From: an uncultured Candidatus Sumerlaeota bacterium
Lineage (GTDB): Bacteria > CAYMEV01
NCBI GenBank assembly: GCA_964389675.1
Contig: CAYMEV010000006.1
Span: forward strand, 27,217 to 91,216
Reading direction: 5' to 3'
Length of the DNA: 64,000 bases
Shown here: in pieces, positions 38,201 through 48,935 of the stretch
How positions within the stretch are numbered: position 1 is the first letter of the stretch
Layout of the letters: each line of letters starts with the position of its first letter
Notes under the pieces: model-generated
The model's input: only the letters and a program-made list of their open reading frames with translations
Told to the model about the DNA's origin: nothing
Database searches by the model: none
Program-made: the position numbers and the translations under genes

Positions 38201-41019
38201 TGAAAAAGACATGTTCATTTTTCTTCATTTTTATAATTTTCTTTATTTTTCCGATAATAGCCCTTGGCAAGGGATATATTATCAACCTTGATTCAATAAG
38301 CACAGATGAGAGGAAGCAACTGGCTGATCTCTTCGGTAAGGCTCTGGAGCCTTTCTATCCATCTCACATTGAGGAATTCAGCAATATTTTTATGTTAAGG
38401 GAAGAAAAGATTTCAGGCACCCTCAACATTCTCCTTTCCAGTTTTAGAGGTCTGAAAATTGATGAAATAAAGACATACAGATTTCAGTCAAGGCTTATTC
38501 CAAATGATACCTATGTAAACCAGCAGTACAGCCTGGGCTTAAGCAGGTTCTTTGAAGCCTGGGATATAAATACAGGAAGCAACGATATAATAGTGGGTCT
38601 TGTCGATTCAGGAATTGATTACAATCACGAAGACCTTCATGAAAGGATCTGGGTAAACACTGATGAAATACCTGATAATGGAATGGATGATGATAATAAC
38701 GGCTTTATTGATGATGTCATAGGCTGGAATTTTGTTTCTGCAGGACAGGACGAAGTATATCCCGGAGAGATACCTGGACCCAATAATAATCCTGCGGATT
38801 TTTCAGGCCATGGGACATCCCTTTGCGGTATTATCGGAGCAATGACAGACAATAACAGGGGTATAGCCGGCGCTTCCCATAAATCGAGCATAATGGCAGT
38901 CAAATCGGGCTATGTCAACAGCGAGGGAGCAGGCATACTGAATGACCTTGATGCAGCCCGGGGTATAGTATATGCTGTCAGAAACGGAGCATGCATTATT
39001 AACCTTTCATGGGGAGATATTATTGAATCAGACATTATAAGAAAAGCTGTAAATTATGCAGTGAAGAATAATGTGATAGTTATCTCTGCTGCCGGCAACA
39101 GCGGAGAAGAATTCCTATATTTCCCATCTTCCATGGAATCTGTAATTTCTGTGGGTTCCACTGCTCAAAACGGTAATAAAAGCTCCTTTTCAAACTATTC
39201 GAAGGACCTCGATATTTTTGCATATGGTGAGAATATTAAATCTACAGGAATAGGTAATAATTATATTTCCATGACAGGCACAAGCATGTCATGCGCATAT
39301 GCAACAGGTGCAATGGTCCTGCTGAAATCCCGATACCCGGGATTTTCAGATAATATGCTCAGGGGACAGCTGATTTCAACGGCTTCTGACACCGGATTCT
39401 TTGAACCCTCACCGTATACAGGAATACTGGATGCATATTCAGCAATGACCACTTTTCCTCAGCCGAATATCATACTTTCATGTTATGAGTTTTATAAAAC
39501 ATCTGACCCTGAGGGTACTATCCTTCCGGGAGATGATGTTTCACTGATTATTACCATTAAAAATCTCTGGAAGCCATCTGGACCACTTTTGGCTGAATTA
39601 TCGGCAAAGGATACGCAAATATATCTCTATAATGACCAGCTGGAAATTGACCCTGTTGGTAATTTTGAGAGCTTTTCTAATACGGATTACCCATTTCTGA
39701 TAAATTTCAACAGCAGTTTCTTTTATGGCAAAAGAGCTAAATTCAGGCTTAAGCTTTCCCATAATTCCAGTGAGCATCTGTCTGATTTCCAGATTGATTT
39801 CGTAATGCCTTACCCGGAAAATCCCGGTTTCCCATTCCCCTCAGATGAGGCAATAGTATCATCCCCTCTGGTCATAGACATTAATGGCAACGGCTATAAA
39901 GAAGTATTCTGGGGTAATTACAACGGCTTTTTCTATGGGGCAGACCATGAAGGAAATGTATTGGATGGCTTTCCCCTGAAGTCAAAAGCTCCTTTTGTAT
40001 CATCGCCCGTATATTCAGACCTTGAAGAAAACGGCAATTATTATATAATCTTCGGCGGCCTTGACAGTAAGCTATACGCAATTGACCGGTTCGGGAACCA
40101 CAAAACAGGATTCCCCGTCACCTTAAACGGCCCTGTTTACGGTTGCACTCCTGTTGGAAATCTTAACGGGGATGATACAAACTATATAATTGCTGCTACA
40201 CTAAATGGCCTGATGTATGCTATTAACCCGGACGGAATGCTGAAAAAGGGATTCCCTGTCGAAATACCCCTGGTGAATTATTCATCTCCTGCACTTGCAG
40301 GACTGGACGCTGATTCCTCTTTATCCATAGTTATTGGCGGTTCCGACAATGGTCTGTATGTATTTGACAATAACGGTATTTTAAGGGATGGTTTCCCGTT
40401 TTTTACAGGAAGCTATATCTTTTCATCGCCATCAGCAGGCGATATTGACAATGACGGGGTCAATGAAATTGTATTCGCATCCTATGATTCAAAATTATAT
40501 GCAGTTGACGGTTGCGGGAACCTGAAACAGGGTTTTCCCGTGAACCTGGGTGGGCCGGCATTCTCTTCCCCAACCCTTTGTGATATAGATAATGACAATT
40601 ACCTTGATATTATTATTGGAAGCGGAAATCCTTCAAACAAATTATGGGCTGTTGACCATCTTGGCCAGATTATGAATGGTTTCCCTGTCCAGTCGGATCA
40701 TGCATTATCATCTTCGCCTTCTGTCTATGATATCGATGGTAATGGTTACCCGGATATAGCCATAGGTTCCTATTCAAAAGAGATATTCATAATAAACCAT
40801 CAGGGAATAGCATTTTCAGGCTTCCCTTATCCTCTCGGAGCAGAGATCCTGTGCTCTCCCACATTTGAAGATATGGACAATGATGGGGATATAGACCTTA
40901 TCATTGGGGATCACAATGGCATGGTCCATGTATTGGACCTGCAGTTTCCAGCAACAAGCCCTGCACATAATTTCTGGTTTACCTTCAGGGGAAATTATCA
41001 CAGGACAGGAAGCAGATAG
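38200..41019 (+). CDS. Secreted subtilisin-like (S8) serine protease with C-terminal FG-GAP/beta-propeller repeats
   Basis: Catalytic triad contexts VGLVDSGIDYNHEDL, HGTSLCGII, GTSMSCAYATGAMVLL. The C-terminal 500 aa carry repeated DIDNDG / GDxNGD calcium-binding FG-GAP-like blades. Confidence 0.8.
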   Translation: MKKTCSFFFIFIIFFIFPIIALGKGYIINLDSISTDERKQLADLFGKALEPFYPSHIEEFSNIFMLREEKISGTLNILLSSFRGLKIDEIKTYRFQSRLIPNDTYVNQQYSLGLSRFFEAWDINTGSNDIIVGLVDSGIDYNHEDLHERIWVNTDEIPDNGMDDDNNGFIDDVIGWNFVSAGQDEVYPGEIPGPNNNPADFSGHGTSLCGIIGAMTDNNRGIAGASHKSSIMAVKSGYVNSEGAGILNDLDAARGIVYAVRNGACIINLSWGDIIESDIIRKAVNYAVKNNVIVISAAGNSGEEFLYFPSSMESVISVGSTAQNGNKSSFSNYSKDLDIFAYGENIKSTGIGNNYISMTGTSMSCAYATGAMVLLKSRYPGFSDNMLRGQLISTASDTGFFEPSPYTGILDAYSAMTTFPQPNIILSCYEFYKTSDPEGTILPGDDVSLIITIKNLWKPSGPLLAELSAKDTQIYLYNDQLEIDPVGNFESFSNTDYPFLINFNSSFFYGKRAKFRLKLSHNSSEHLSDFQIDFVMPYPENPGFPFPSDEAIVSSPLVIDINGNGYKEVFWGNYNGFFYGADHEGNVLDGFPLKSKAPFVSSPVYSDLEENGNYYIIFGGLDSKLYAIDRFGNHKTGFPVTLNGPVYGCTPVGNLNGDDTNYIIAATLNGLMYAINPDGMLKKGFPVEIPLVNYSSPALAGLDADSSLSIVIGGSDNGLYVFDNNGILRDGFPFFTGSYIFSSPSAGDIDNDGVNEIVFASYDSKLYAVDGCGNLKQGFPVNLGGPAFSSPTLCDIDNDNYLDIIIGSGNPSNKLWAVDHLGQIMNGFPVQSDHALSSSPSVYDIDGNGYPDIAIGSYSKEIFIINHQGIAFSGFPYPLGAEILCSPTFEDMDNDGDIDLIIGDHNGMVHVLDLQFPATSPAHNFWFTFRGNYHRTGSR

Positions 41020-41033
41020 GGCAGGATTAATTA

Positions 41034-41873
41034 ATGCTTAATAACAGCTTCATTCACATGCCTGCCATAGGCATCAAGACTGAAAGGAAAATCTGGCTGT
41101 CCGGCATTTCAACAATTGACGATTTTATCCTTTCTCCACCATCTTTCATATCAGATAACAGAAGAAACAAAATAATTGACCAGATCTTTATATCAAAAGA
41201 AAACCTTGAACTTAAAAATTCGGATTACTTTTATTCATCTCTTCCATCAAATGAGCACTGGAGGATATTCAAGGAATTTCAGCACAATACTGCCTTTATC
41301 GATATTGAAACAACCGGCCTGAGCTTTTATAATAATATAATAACTACAATAGCACTCTATGACGGGCAGAGTATAAGATACTATATAAACGGGCATAATC
41401 TTGATTCCTTTATTGAGGATATAATGTCCTACAGCCTTATTATAACCTATAACGGCAAAGCTTTTGATATACCATTTATTGAGAATTATTTCGGCCTAAG
41501 GATCTCCAAGCCTCAGATAGATCTTAGATATATCCTCTGCAGCCTGGGGTACTCAGGCGGATTAAAAGCATGTGAAAGAAAGCTTGGAATAGGCCGGAAT
41601 GGTATTCTTAAAGATATTGACGGATTCATGGCTGTCCTTTTATGGAAGGATTATAAAAAATACAATAATACAAGATCCTTAGAAACACTTCTTTCCTACA
41701 ATATGGAAGATTCAGTAAATCTTGAATATCTCATGGTACAGGCATACAACATGAAACTGGCCGGTATTCCGCTAAAAACAGACTGTATAAAGATACCTGA
41801 AAGCCCGGATATACCATTCCAGGTGGATACACCTACTGTTAACAGGCTTAATCTCAAGATGCCTGGATACTGA
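41034..41873 (+). CDS. RNase H-like fold protein (YprB-type predicted 3'-5' exonuclease domain)
   Basis: FIDIETTGL acidic motif, then YNGKAFDIPFI and a C-terminal YNMEDSVNL (DEDD-like Exo I, II and III spacing). Confidence 0.5.
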   Translation: MLNNSFIHMPAIGIKTERKIWLSGISTIDDFILSPPSFISDNRRNKIIDQIFISKENLELKNSDYFYSSLPSNEHWRIFKEFQHNTAFIDIETTGLSFYNNIITTIALYDGQSIRYYINGHNLDSFIEDIMSYSLIITYNGKAFDIPFIENYFGLRISKPQIDLRYILCSLGYSGGLKACERKLGIGRNGILKDIDGFMAVLLWKDYKKYNNTRSLETLLSYNMEDSVNLEYLMVQAYNMKLAGIPLKTDCIKIPESPDIPFQVDTPTVNRLNLKMPGY

Positions 41874-42022
41874 AATATTCTGATAATTGCTGAGTATTTT
41901 CTTCTAACTGCTGCAGCCTCAATAAATTTTTCTGGATCCTGATGCAGTCCTGAATGGCTTAAATCAAACCCATTACTTTTCGCCTGTATGCAGTAATCAT
42001 TTTTTTTCTTTAATCGCAAATG

Positions 42023-42595
42023 CTAAATGGATATCAGAACACTCCGTCCTCCTGCTTTTTGAGGAAATCCGCATATAATGTACCCCAGCTCCCTTAAATC
42101 AGATAACATCTCCTGAAAGGTATCATTGGCAACATGTATTTTGGGTTCAACTATCAGGATCTTTCCCTTTTCATTAATAATATTTTTTAGCTCAGCCAGC
42201 AGGTTGCGGGGAGATGGTGATTCATGAACCATGTAAAAAGCGAGCACAAAGTCAACCTTCTGTCTGAATCCGATACTGTCATGTTCACATCTGTAATATT
42301 CTATGCGATCTTCAAGATGATGTTTCTTTGCCTTTTTGCGGACATAAGCAAGCATCTTTTCCTGAAGGTCAACAGCTATCACCTTCCCTTCAGGGCCAAC
42401 TAATCTTGCCATATCCACTGTAAAAAATCCAGGGCCACAGCCCAGGTCCATTACTGTATCTCCTTCAGAAATATAAGGCCGAAGCATTTTTTTTGGATTT
42501 TGAAATATCCTGCGTAATGGATTATTAAGCAAAAAAGCTATTTGATGTGGACATACACGTCCTGACGAGTTTTCTTTAACAGCTATGTTTTCCAT
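42023..42595 (-). CDS. Class I SAM-dependent methyltransferase
   Basis: Motif I VMDLGCGPGFFT and motif II KVIAVDL; about 190 aa. Confidence 0.75.
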   Translation of the reverse strand: MENIAVKENSSGRVCPHQIAFLLNNPLRRIFQNPKKMLRPYISEGDTVMDLGCGPGFFTVDMARLVGPEGKVIAVDLQEKMLAYVRKKAKKHHLEDRIEYYRCEHDSIGFRQKVDFVLAFYMVHESPSPRNLLAELKNIINEKGKILIVEPKIHVANDTFQEMLSDLRELGYIICGFPQKAGGRSVLISI

Positions 42596-42650
42596 TGTTT
42601 TCCTCCTTAGACCTGGGTGTATAGATACTAAACACTAAATATAAAAAAAT

Positions 42651-43145
42651 TTACTCCATTGCTTTTTTAAAAAAATTTTCTACCTTATCAAGTACTTCAT
42701 ATAGGAAACCCTTCTTTTCATCGGGCAAATTGATGAAAAATCCAGTGAAACCTCCATCCATTGTCTCATGCCAGTCTTTATGTGAATAATATGCTGTCTT
42801 CCCGCGGGATGTAAGTGCTGCAACAATCCTTGACAGGTTTGAAGGATCAGCCTTTTTTGTTATAAATCCCTTTTTTTCAAGCTTTTTAAGTTTCTGGGAT
42901 ATTGCACCTTTAGTCACTCCCATAAATTTTGCAAGGTCAGTCACACTGAATTTTCCTTCATTATCACCGATCAGTTCTATAAGGTGGATTTCACTGTTTG
43001 TCATAAGAAATTCAGTACCATAGTATCTGGTAGCTTTTTCCAGTTCAGCCACCAGCTTCACGATCCTTAAGAATTTTTCATGCAGCTTATGCAGATTTTC
43101 ATTTTCCATAAAAAGTAGCGTATAGCACCTAAACGCTACTGTCAA
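42651..43145 (-). CDS. MarR family transcriptional regulator (true start may be the internal Met at 43109)
   Basis: Winged helix LAKFMGVTKGAISQKLKKLEKKGFITK. Confidence 0.6.
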   Translation of the reverse strand: MTVAFRCYTLLFMENENLHKLHEKFLRIVKLVAELEKATRYYGTEFLMTNSEIHLIELIGDNEGKFSVTDLAKFMGVTKGAISQKLKKLEKKGFITKKADPSNLSRIVAALTSRGKTAYYSHKDWHETMDGGFTGFFINLPDEKKGFLYEVLDKVENFFKKAME

Positions 43146-43201
43146 GCATTTTTTTCTTCTGATATAAAAATGCCCTATTTTGAATTATTTTTCTGTAAAA
43201 A

Positions 43202-44212
43202 TCAAAGCTCTGTTTTTTTGGTCAGGCTGGGTATTATAAATTCTGAAATACCTTTATCACCCTCTGTTATATTTGAAAAGATATTATAAATAGTTTTGCT
43301 TTCTGGAATACAGAGGGAAAAAAAATCCACGCCTGCATCACATCCTGTTATATAATAAACTGAATTATCGAGGGTTTTATAGATCCCACATCCATAGCCC
43401 CTTGTCTTATCTATAAGGCTTTGTGTTTTTATATATTCATCTGTCAGGTCCGGAGATAAAACCTTTCTATCAAAAAAATCCACCCAGAGATTGTATATAT
43501 CATATGTATTCGAAAACATTCCCCCATCACCGCCTCCAATAACCGGCAGATTATATATATTCGTTGTTAAACGGTTATTTTTATAGCCATTTGCGGTATT
43601 CTCAGGAAGTTCATTTAATGGATAAAAGCCCGAATTCCCCATGCTTAAAGGCATAAGGATATATTCTTTTATAAAATCCCTATAAAGCATACTGCTTATT
43701 TTTTCAATTATTGCACCCAGGAATACATACCCTCCATTTGAATAGGAAAATCTTTCTCCAGGCTTAAATTTTGGTTTTTTATCCATAAATAATGGAAGAT
43801 AATCTGATGGGGTTGTTAATTTATACCACGGAATATCAACATAAAAATCATCAAAATCATCAATAATATCTTCATCATAATAATCATAGATCCCGGAAGT
43901 ATGGTTCAGCAAATTCAGGATGGAAGCCTCCTTATTAATGAAGGAGAATTTTTCCTTAAATATCTCTGTTATTTTCGTTCTTAATCCAATCTCTCCTGTA
44001 TCAATCAATTTTCCTATACCCAGGGCGGTTATAAATTTAGTCCCTGAAGCTATCCCAAATTTTGTCCCAGTATTATTCTCTATTTTATTTGGAATATCCC
44101 GAAAGCCAAAGGCTTTATTAAAAACCTCATTATTATTGCTATATATTGAAATGACTCCTGAAAAGTTCTCTTCCTTTGCCTTTGTAATAACCTGATCATT
44201 AAGTATCTTCAT
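43202..44212 (-). CDS. Beta-lactamase-family serine hydrolase
   Basis: S-x-x-K at ASGTKF, in the context ISIYSNNNEVFNKAFGF typical of class C / esterase EstB-like proteins. Y-x-N-like and GGxG downstream. Confidence 0.6.
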   Translation of the reverse strand: MKILNDQVITKAKEENFSGVISIYSNNNEVFNKAFGFRDIPNKIENNTGTKFGIASGTKFITALGIGKLIDTGEIGLRTKITEIFKEKFSFINKEASILNLLNHTSGIYDYYDEDIIDDFDDFYVDIPWYKLTTPSDYLPLFMDKKPKFKPGERFSYSNGGYVFLGAIIEKISSMLYRDFIKEYILMPLSMGNSGFYPLNELPENTANGYKNNRLTTNIYNLPVIGGGDGGMFSNTYDIYNLWVDFFDRKVLSPDLTDEYIKTQSLIDKTRGYGCGIYKTLDNSVYYITGCDAGVDFFSLCIPESKTIYNIFSNITEGDKGISEFIIPSLTKKTEL

Positions 44213-44655
44213 TTTTGCTCTTTTCTCTTTATTTCCTCCTTAATATATTCCCGATCTTATCCAGGTATTCAATCCTTTTTTGATTTTTTTTCAATACATT
44301 CTTTGTCTGCAGGAGAATGAAAGCCTTATTTATCAGCTTAAAGGGTCCCTTGCTTTTGCTCTCAGTGCTATCATCTAATAAGCCATTTAATCACAATACA
44401 TCAATAATTATTAAAGATGCTGGCATATTGACATTGGACAACATATTTTTTATAATTGCCACAAAATAAAACCTCTTTTTCCTGAATCTATTAATCCGGG
44501 AAATAATGGGGTTTTCAAGGGGGGCAATACCATGAAACCAAGAGGCCTTTTGATGACTGAACACCGCCTTATCGAAAATATGATAGGGGTAATGAATATG
44601 GAGCTTTCTGAGAAAAAAAGAAACCGTGCTGTTGATACGTTCTTTATTGACTGCA

Positions 44656-45993
44656 TTATTGATCCTTAATTAAAATACATTGGCCCTGGATGAATACTCT
44701 TCTCACTTCACTGATCTTCCCGGGAGCCGTAATAATAAAATCAGCCTTATATCCCGGTATCAGCCAACCAAGCTCAGATCCCATTCTTGAAAACCATGAA
44801 GCAGGTGATGATGTAGCAAGAGCTACTGCACGCGCAAGTGTCAGCAGTTTCTTGTCTGCCAGGTATTCTATGAGGGATAAAATGGGATCCCACTTGCCAC
44901 CGCCGTAATCAGTACTTATCATATCAACAAGACCTTCGGAAATAAGCGATTCAGAATTTCTGAGAATATCCTCCTGTCCCGAAAAGCATTGTACTGTTGC
45001 AATATCTAATCCCACACCACAGCTTTTAAGTTTCTTTGCCCACTTAACACATTCTCCTGCTGACATGCTCGTATGATTCATATGAGCAGCAACAATACGT
45101 GCCCTGGTACCTGCATATTTTACTGCAATCTTATAGAGAGTCTCTGCTGATTCCAGGCTTGTATGGAAAACAGCTGGAATTCCTGTCCTGCTGCTCAGGC
45201 GCGCAGCAGGGTCAAAACCAGACAGCGCTGTTTTTAAAGGTGTCCTGGCAATCCTGTTAATGATCTCTATTATGCCTTGGGTGCTTATATGGCCCGAAAG
45301 TCCCATATCTGCAATTATTTTGCCTATATTATCCCGGGCATTTTCATTAAAACCTATTGAAAATACAGCTTTTTTAAGCCTATCTGCTTCTTTCCATCCA
45401 ATTTTTATCCCGGTTACCCTTCTGATCTCTTCAGGTATATACCGATAGCTTGCCACACCGCCTCCCAGGGTAGCTCCGCTGCCTATCTCTCCAATTGCTG
45501 CAATATTCTGGCTTTTGATCATTTGCTCTGCTGTTAGTTTTCTGTATCTCTCTGTAATTCCTGATGCGTCAACCATATCAGCAGCTGAAAAAGTTTCGTT
45601 GAAATGACAGGTTCCAATCCCTATTCTGACTGGAAGTTGTGGAGACTTCGGAAGAATATCCTCATCATCAGCTAAGCCTGACATGTCCAGAAGAGTTGTT
45701 TCCCCCTGCTGAAGGTGCCTGATTATATTGGCAGAAGCATCATTTTTGGAAGGCCCCATGGCTCCGCTGGAAAAAAGCGGACCTGTGGTGCAGCCGTGCG
45801 TATGGGAATTGAAGATTCCGGGAAGGACATAACCGCCCTCAGCATCTATAATTCTGCCCTTTCCGGTTTTTTGCGGTTTTTTCATAAATTCCACGCTGCT
45901 GATAATACCATCCTTGATTCCGATAATTCCTTCCTCCGGTGCTTTTTGTCCGTCACCTCCAATTATTATCCCGTTTAATACCCAGGTATCCAT
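44656..45993 (-). CDS. Amidohydrolase-family metal-dependent hydrolase
   Basis: N-terminal IIDAEGGYVLPGIFNSHTHG (H-x-H metal ligands) and an approximately 445-aa TIM-barrel-sized body. Confidence 0.7.
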   Translation of the reverse strand: MDTWVLNGIIIGGDGQKAPEEGIIGIKDGIISSVEFMKKPQKTGKGRIIDAEGGYVLPGIFNSHTHGCTTGPLFSSGAMGPSKNDASANIIRHLQQGETTLLDMSGLADDEDILPKSPQLPVRIGIGTCHFNETFSAADMVDASGITERYRKLTAEQMIKSQNIAAIGEIGSGATLGGGVASYRYIPEEIRRVTGIKIGWKEADRLKKAVFSIGFNENARDNIGKIIADMGLSGHISTQGIIEIINRIARTPLKTALSGFDPAARLSSRTGIPAVFHTSLESAETLYKIAVKYAGTRARIVAAHMNHTSMSAGECVKWAKKLKSCGVGLDIATVQCFSGQEDILRNSESLISEGLVDMISTDYGGGKWDPILSLIEYLADKKLLTLARAVALATSSPASWFSRMGSELGWLIPGYKADFIITAPGKISEVRRVFIQGQCILIKDQ

Positions 45994-45996
45994 AAA

Positions 45997-47400
45997 TTAT
46001 TCTGTATCCCTATAAAAAGCTTTTACCCTGAGGGGGCCGCTGAATATTGCAATACCGGCAACAAAAATGCATATCAAAGCTCCTATGGAATAGGCGATCC
46101 TGAAGGAGCATGCATCTGCAAGGTCTGCACTGTATTTTCTGTCCTGGAGAAGATTTCTTGCCTGATTATGCAGTAACTCAAAGATCACAATACCAGAGGC
46201 TATGGATAGCCTCGTTATCATCTGGAAACTGCCTGCAACACGCGCCTGGTCACATGATTCCGCTGATCCCATGACAGCATTGTTGTTTGGAGCAGAAAAC
46301 AGACCGAAACCTGCTCCGCATCCGCCCATACCAAGAAGGACCATGGCTTTTGAAGATGATAAAGCAAGAATCATGGAACCCGAAGCAACAAGTATCATAG
46401 CCAGTGTTTGTGTTATTTGCAGGCCGGCACTTCTGCTGACTTTAGAAGAAATACTTCCTGCCCCCATCAGGGGAAGTGAATATGCAAGCATTGCAGCACC
46501 CAGGCCGGCAGGCAAAAAACCCCGGTGCCCGACCATATCAAATGGAAGCATGAACTGTAAACCGCTAAAATAAAGATAAGCGACTGCTGCAAGGCAGAAT
46601 CCCCTCCTGATATCGCTTGATGATGAAATGGCATCCCATGCAATCAAAGGGTTTTTTGAAGCACGCTCCCGGTAAATAAAGACAGTGCCCATAAAGACCA
46701 TGAGTATATATGCGGTAATCATAGCTGGGCTTGTCCATCCCCATCTGTTGCCTCTGTTTAATGCAATCAATACTGTGCCTGTCAGTAATACCCCGGACAA
46801 AAAAGCAAGCGGATCAATCAAGAACTCCCTGACTTTGCAGCTTTCAGGCAAGCCTGCAAGACGGCTCGAAAACCACAAAGCAAGAATACCTGCTGGTGCG
46901 CCGATCAAAAATACAATCCGCCATGAGGCATGCTGACAGAGAAAGCCCCCTATTGGCCCCCCCAAGCTGATGCCTGCAGATGCAAGGACTGTCAGAAAGC
47001 CGAACATACCAGGCCTTTCAGATTCTGGCACAGCTTTGGGTATAACTGAAAAGGCTGATACAATGAGCATTCCTGCTGCTGCCCCCTGGATAAATCTAAT
47101 TGCGATCAGCAGGCCTGTGAAGAATGAAATTGAACACATTATAGAGCAAACGACAAAACCAAGAAACCCAAACAAAAAGAATTTCCCTTCGCCAAACCTG
47201 TCAAGTAAACGGCCTGCAGGAAGAAGGGTACAGCTTAAGGCTATCATGTAGGCAGCTGAGACCCATGTAGCCATTCCCATATCAATAGCAAAATGTTTCG
47301 CTATCACAGGGAGGGATACATTTACTACAGAACCGTCCAGTGAAGTCAGAAATGCTGCAAGGCTTGCACATATTACAGCAGTCCTCCTGAAATCTTTCAT
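45997..47400 (-). CDS. MFS transporter, DHA2 (EmrB/QacA) 14-TM drug:H+ antiporter type
   Basis: SLDGSVVNVSLPVIAKHF and GRLLDRFG MFS motifs. About 467 aa with 14 hydrophobic segments. Confidence 0.75.
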   Translation of the reverse strand: MKDFRRTAVICASLAAFLTSLDGSVVNVSLPVIAKHFAIDMGMATWVSAAYMIALSCTLLPAGRLLDRFGEGKFFLFGFLGFVVCSIMCSISFFTGLLIAIRFIQGAAAGMLIVSAFSVIPKAVPESERPGMFGFLTVLASAGISLGGPIGGFLCQHASWRIVFLIGAPAGILALWFSSRLAGLPESCKVREFLIDPLAFLSGVLLTGTVLIALNRGNRWGWTSPAMITAYILMVFMGTVFIYRERASKNPLIAWDAISSSSDIRRGFCLAAVAYLYFSGLQFMLPFDMVGHRGFLPAGLGAAMLAYSLPLMGAGSISSKVSRSAGLQITQTLAMILVASGSMILALSSSKAMVLLGMGGCGAGFGLFSAPNNNAVMGSAESCDQARVAGSFQMITRLSIASGIVIFELLHNQARNLLQDRKYSADLADACSFRIAYSIGALICIFVAGIAIFSGPLRVKAFYRDTE

Positions 47401-48479
47401 AGCCGTCCCTTCCTTACATAGGCTATCATCTCTTTTGAATTCATCCCCTCAAGTCCCATACTCTTTGTATTACGGCCTGTTGACCAGTAATCCGTATCAT
47501 TAGCCATGCACGCAATATTAACTACAGCATCAATGTTATCTGTGGGCATACCAGTCTGCCGGCCTATGGAAGAAACAGGCACAAGCCCGTAAGGCACGTC
47601 TTCCGTGATATAGCGGTGCTTTAGTGATTCAGGAGCCATCTGTACATTATGGGCAGATATCTGATAAATTACCTCATAGGCTGTTTCTCCCTTTATTTTA
47701 TACATGATATCCACATATTCCAGAAAAGAATAGGTTTCTCTGCATAGTTTCCTGGCTATCTCAACCCTTTGAGAATCCACTCCCTCAATTATCCTGGCTA
47801 TAGAGGGTGTTATGTCATAATGCGAATTGCGGTAGGGACCAATCTGCTCAATTCTGCTCATGTTCATCAGGGTTGAAACAGGATGCACTATTGATCCAGG
47901 ATCATCAATGCTTGTCTGCAGGACACCCATTGCAGGCATAAACTGGGGATAAAGGTCAGTCAATACATATAGAGCCTCCCCTGTATTTTCCGAGGGTAAA
48001 GATGAGTACGGGAGTTCGCTCTTTACCGCCTTGATATTAATATGCCCCAGTCCCTTGGTCTTTGCAGCAAATATAAAGCACGAGGTTTCACCAACCGTAA
48101 AATCACTTATTCTGCCGGCTTTCCTGAGTTTCTCTGCAAAGACGAGGCTCCCGAACTTCCCGGGATTAAACACTATAATCTGACCTTCTTCACCATGATC
48201 TATCAAAGCCTGCATATAGACATCCTGAGCAAAGGCAGGTACAACAACCATGACGACCTGTGCCCCCTTGACAGCTGATTTTATATCTGTTGTTATCATA
48301 TCAGGCTTTGCAAAACCATTTTTAATGCCCTCAACCATTATGCCTCCGAAAGCCTGCAGCAGCTGAAGATTTCCAGAATGTTCAGACACAGCTGCAAGCC
48401 TGACATTATGTCCGGCAAGTGTAAGGTCACCTGCCATCGCAATCCCTCCATGGCCTGCCCCCAATATAGTCACAATCAT
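47397..48479 (-). CDS. NAD(P)-dependent opine dehydrogenase family oxidoreductase
   Basis: Rossmann GAGHGGIAMAGDLTLAGHNV at the N-terminus and an approximately 360-aa length like octopine/nopaline DH-family proteins. Assignment from memory of the family. Confidence 0.5.
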   Translation of the reverse strand: MIVTILGAGHGGIAMAGDLTLAGHNVRLAAVSEHSGNLQLLQAFGGIMVEGIKNGFAKPDMITTDIKSAVKGAQVVMVVVPAFAQDVYMQALIDHGEEGQIIVFNPGKFGSLVFAEKLRKAGRISDFTVGETSCFIFAAKTKGLGHINIKAVKSELPYSSLPSENTGEALYVLTDLYPQFMPAMGVLQTSIDDPGSIVHPVSTLMNMSRIEQIGPYRNSHYDITPSIARIIEGVDSQRVEIARKLCRETYSFLEYVDIMYKIKGETAYEVIYQISAHNVQMAPESLKHRYITEDVPYGLVPVSSIGRQTGMPTDNIDAVVNIACMANDTDYWSTGRNTKSMGLEGMNSKEMIAYVRKGRL

Positions 48480-48935
48480 ATGATATCCTCCCTCATTTAT
48501 CTTCCTTCTTTGATTAAGGTGTTAGAAAATGCCTGATTAACATTTATCAGGCTCAGTATATTATATAAAAAAAAGAAACTTTGACAAAAGTATAATAATC
48601 GTAAATTATGCATTAATCAGACTTCAAAATATCCATGGTATTTCAGCTCAGGGCTAAAGCCGATTTTTTACGATATCTGTGTACAGGAAGCGGGGTATAT
48701 CAAGAATTTAGATCTGCAATAAAAAATTGATCAGACAGTATTCATTCTATTGAACATAGATTTAGCAGCAGCAATAATTAATGATATTTTGAGGCCATGA
48801 ATTATGAGATTGGATAATCAGTTTTTAATTCCCTAAGAATATCTCAAAAAATATGATTTGATTTTTGAAAAAATGCCTCTATGATATTCATAGAGTTTTG
48901 TTTTATGCTTTTACACGGGAGATATTAATATTGAT

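Noticed and set aside
44450-44656. 68-aa minus-strand ORF downstream of the amidohydrolase
   Set aside because: No motif and an unusual composition. It overlaps the plus-strand hemerythrin-like fragment, which has at least a recognisable element. Probably non-coding.
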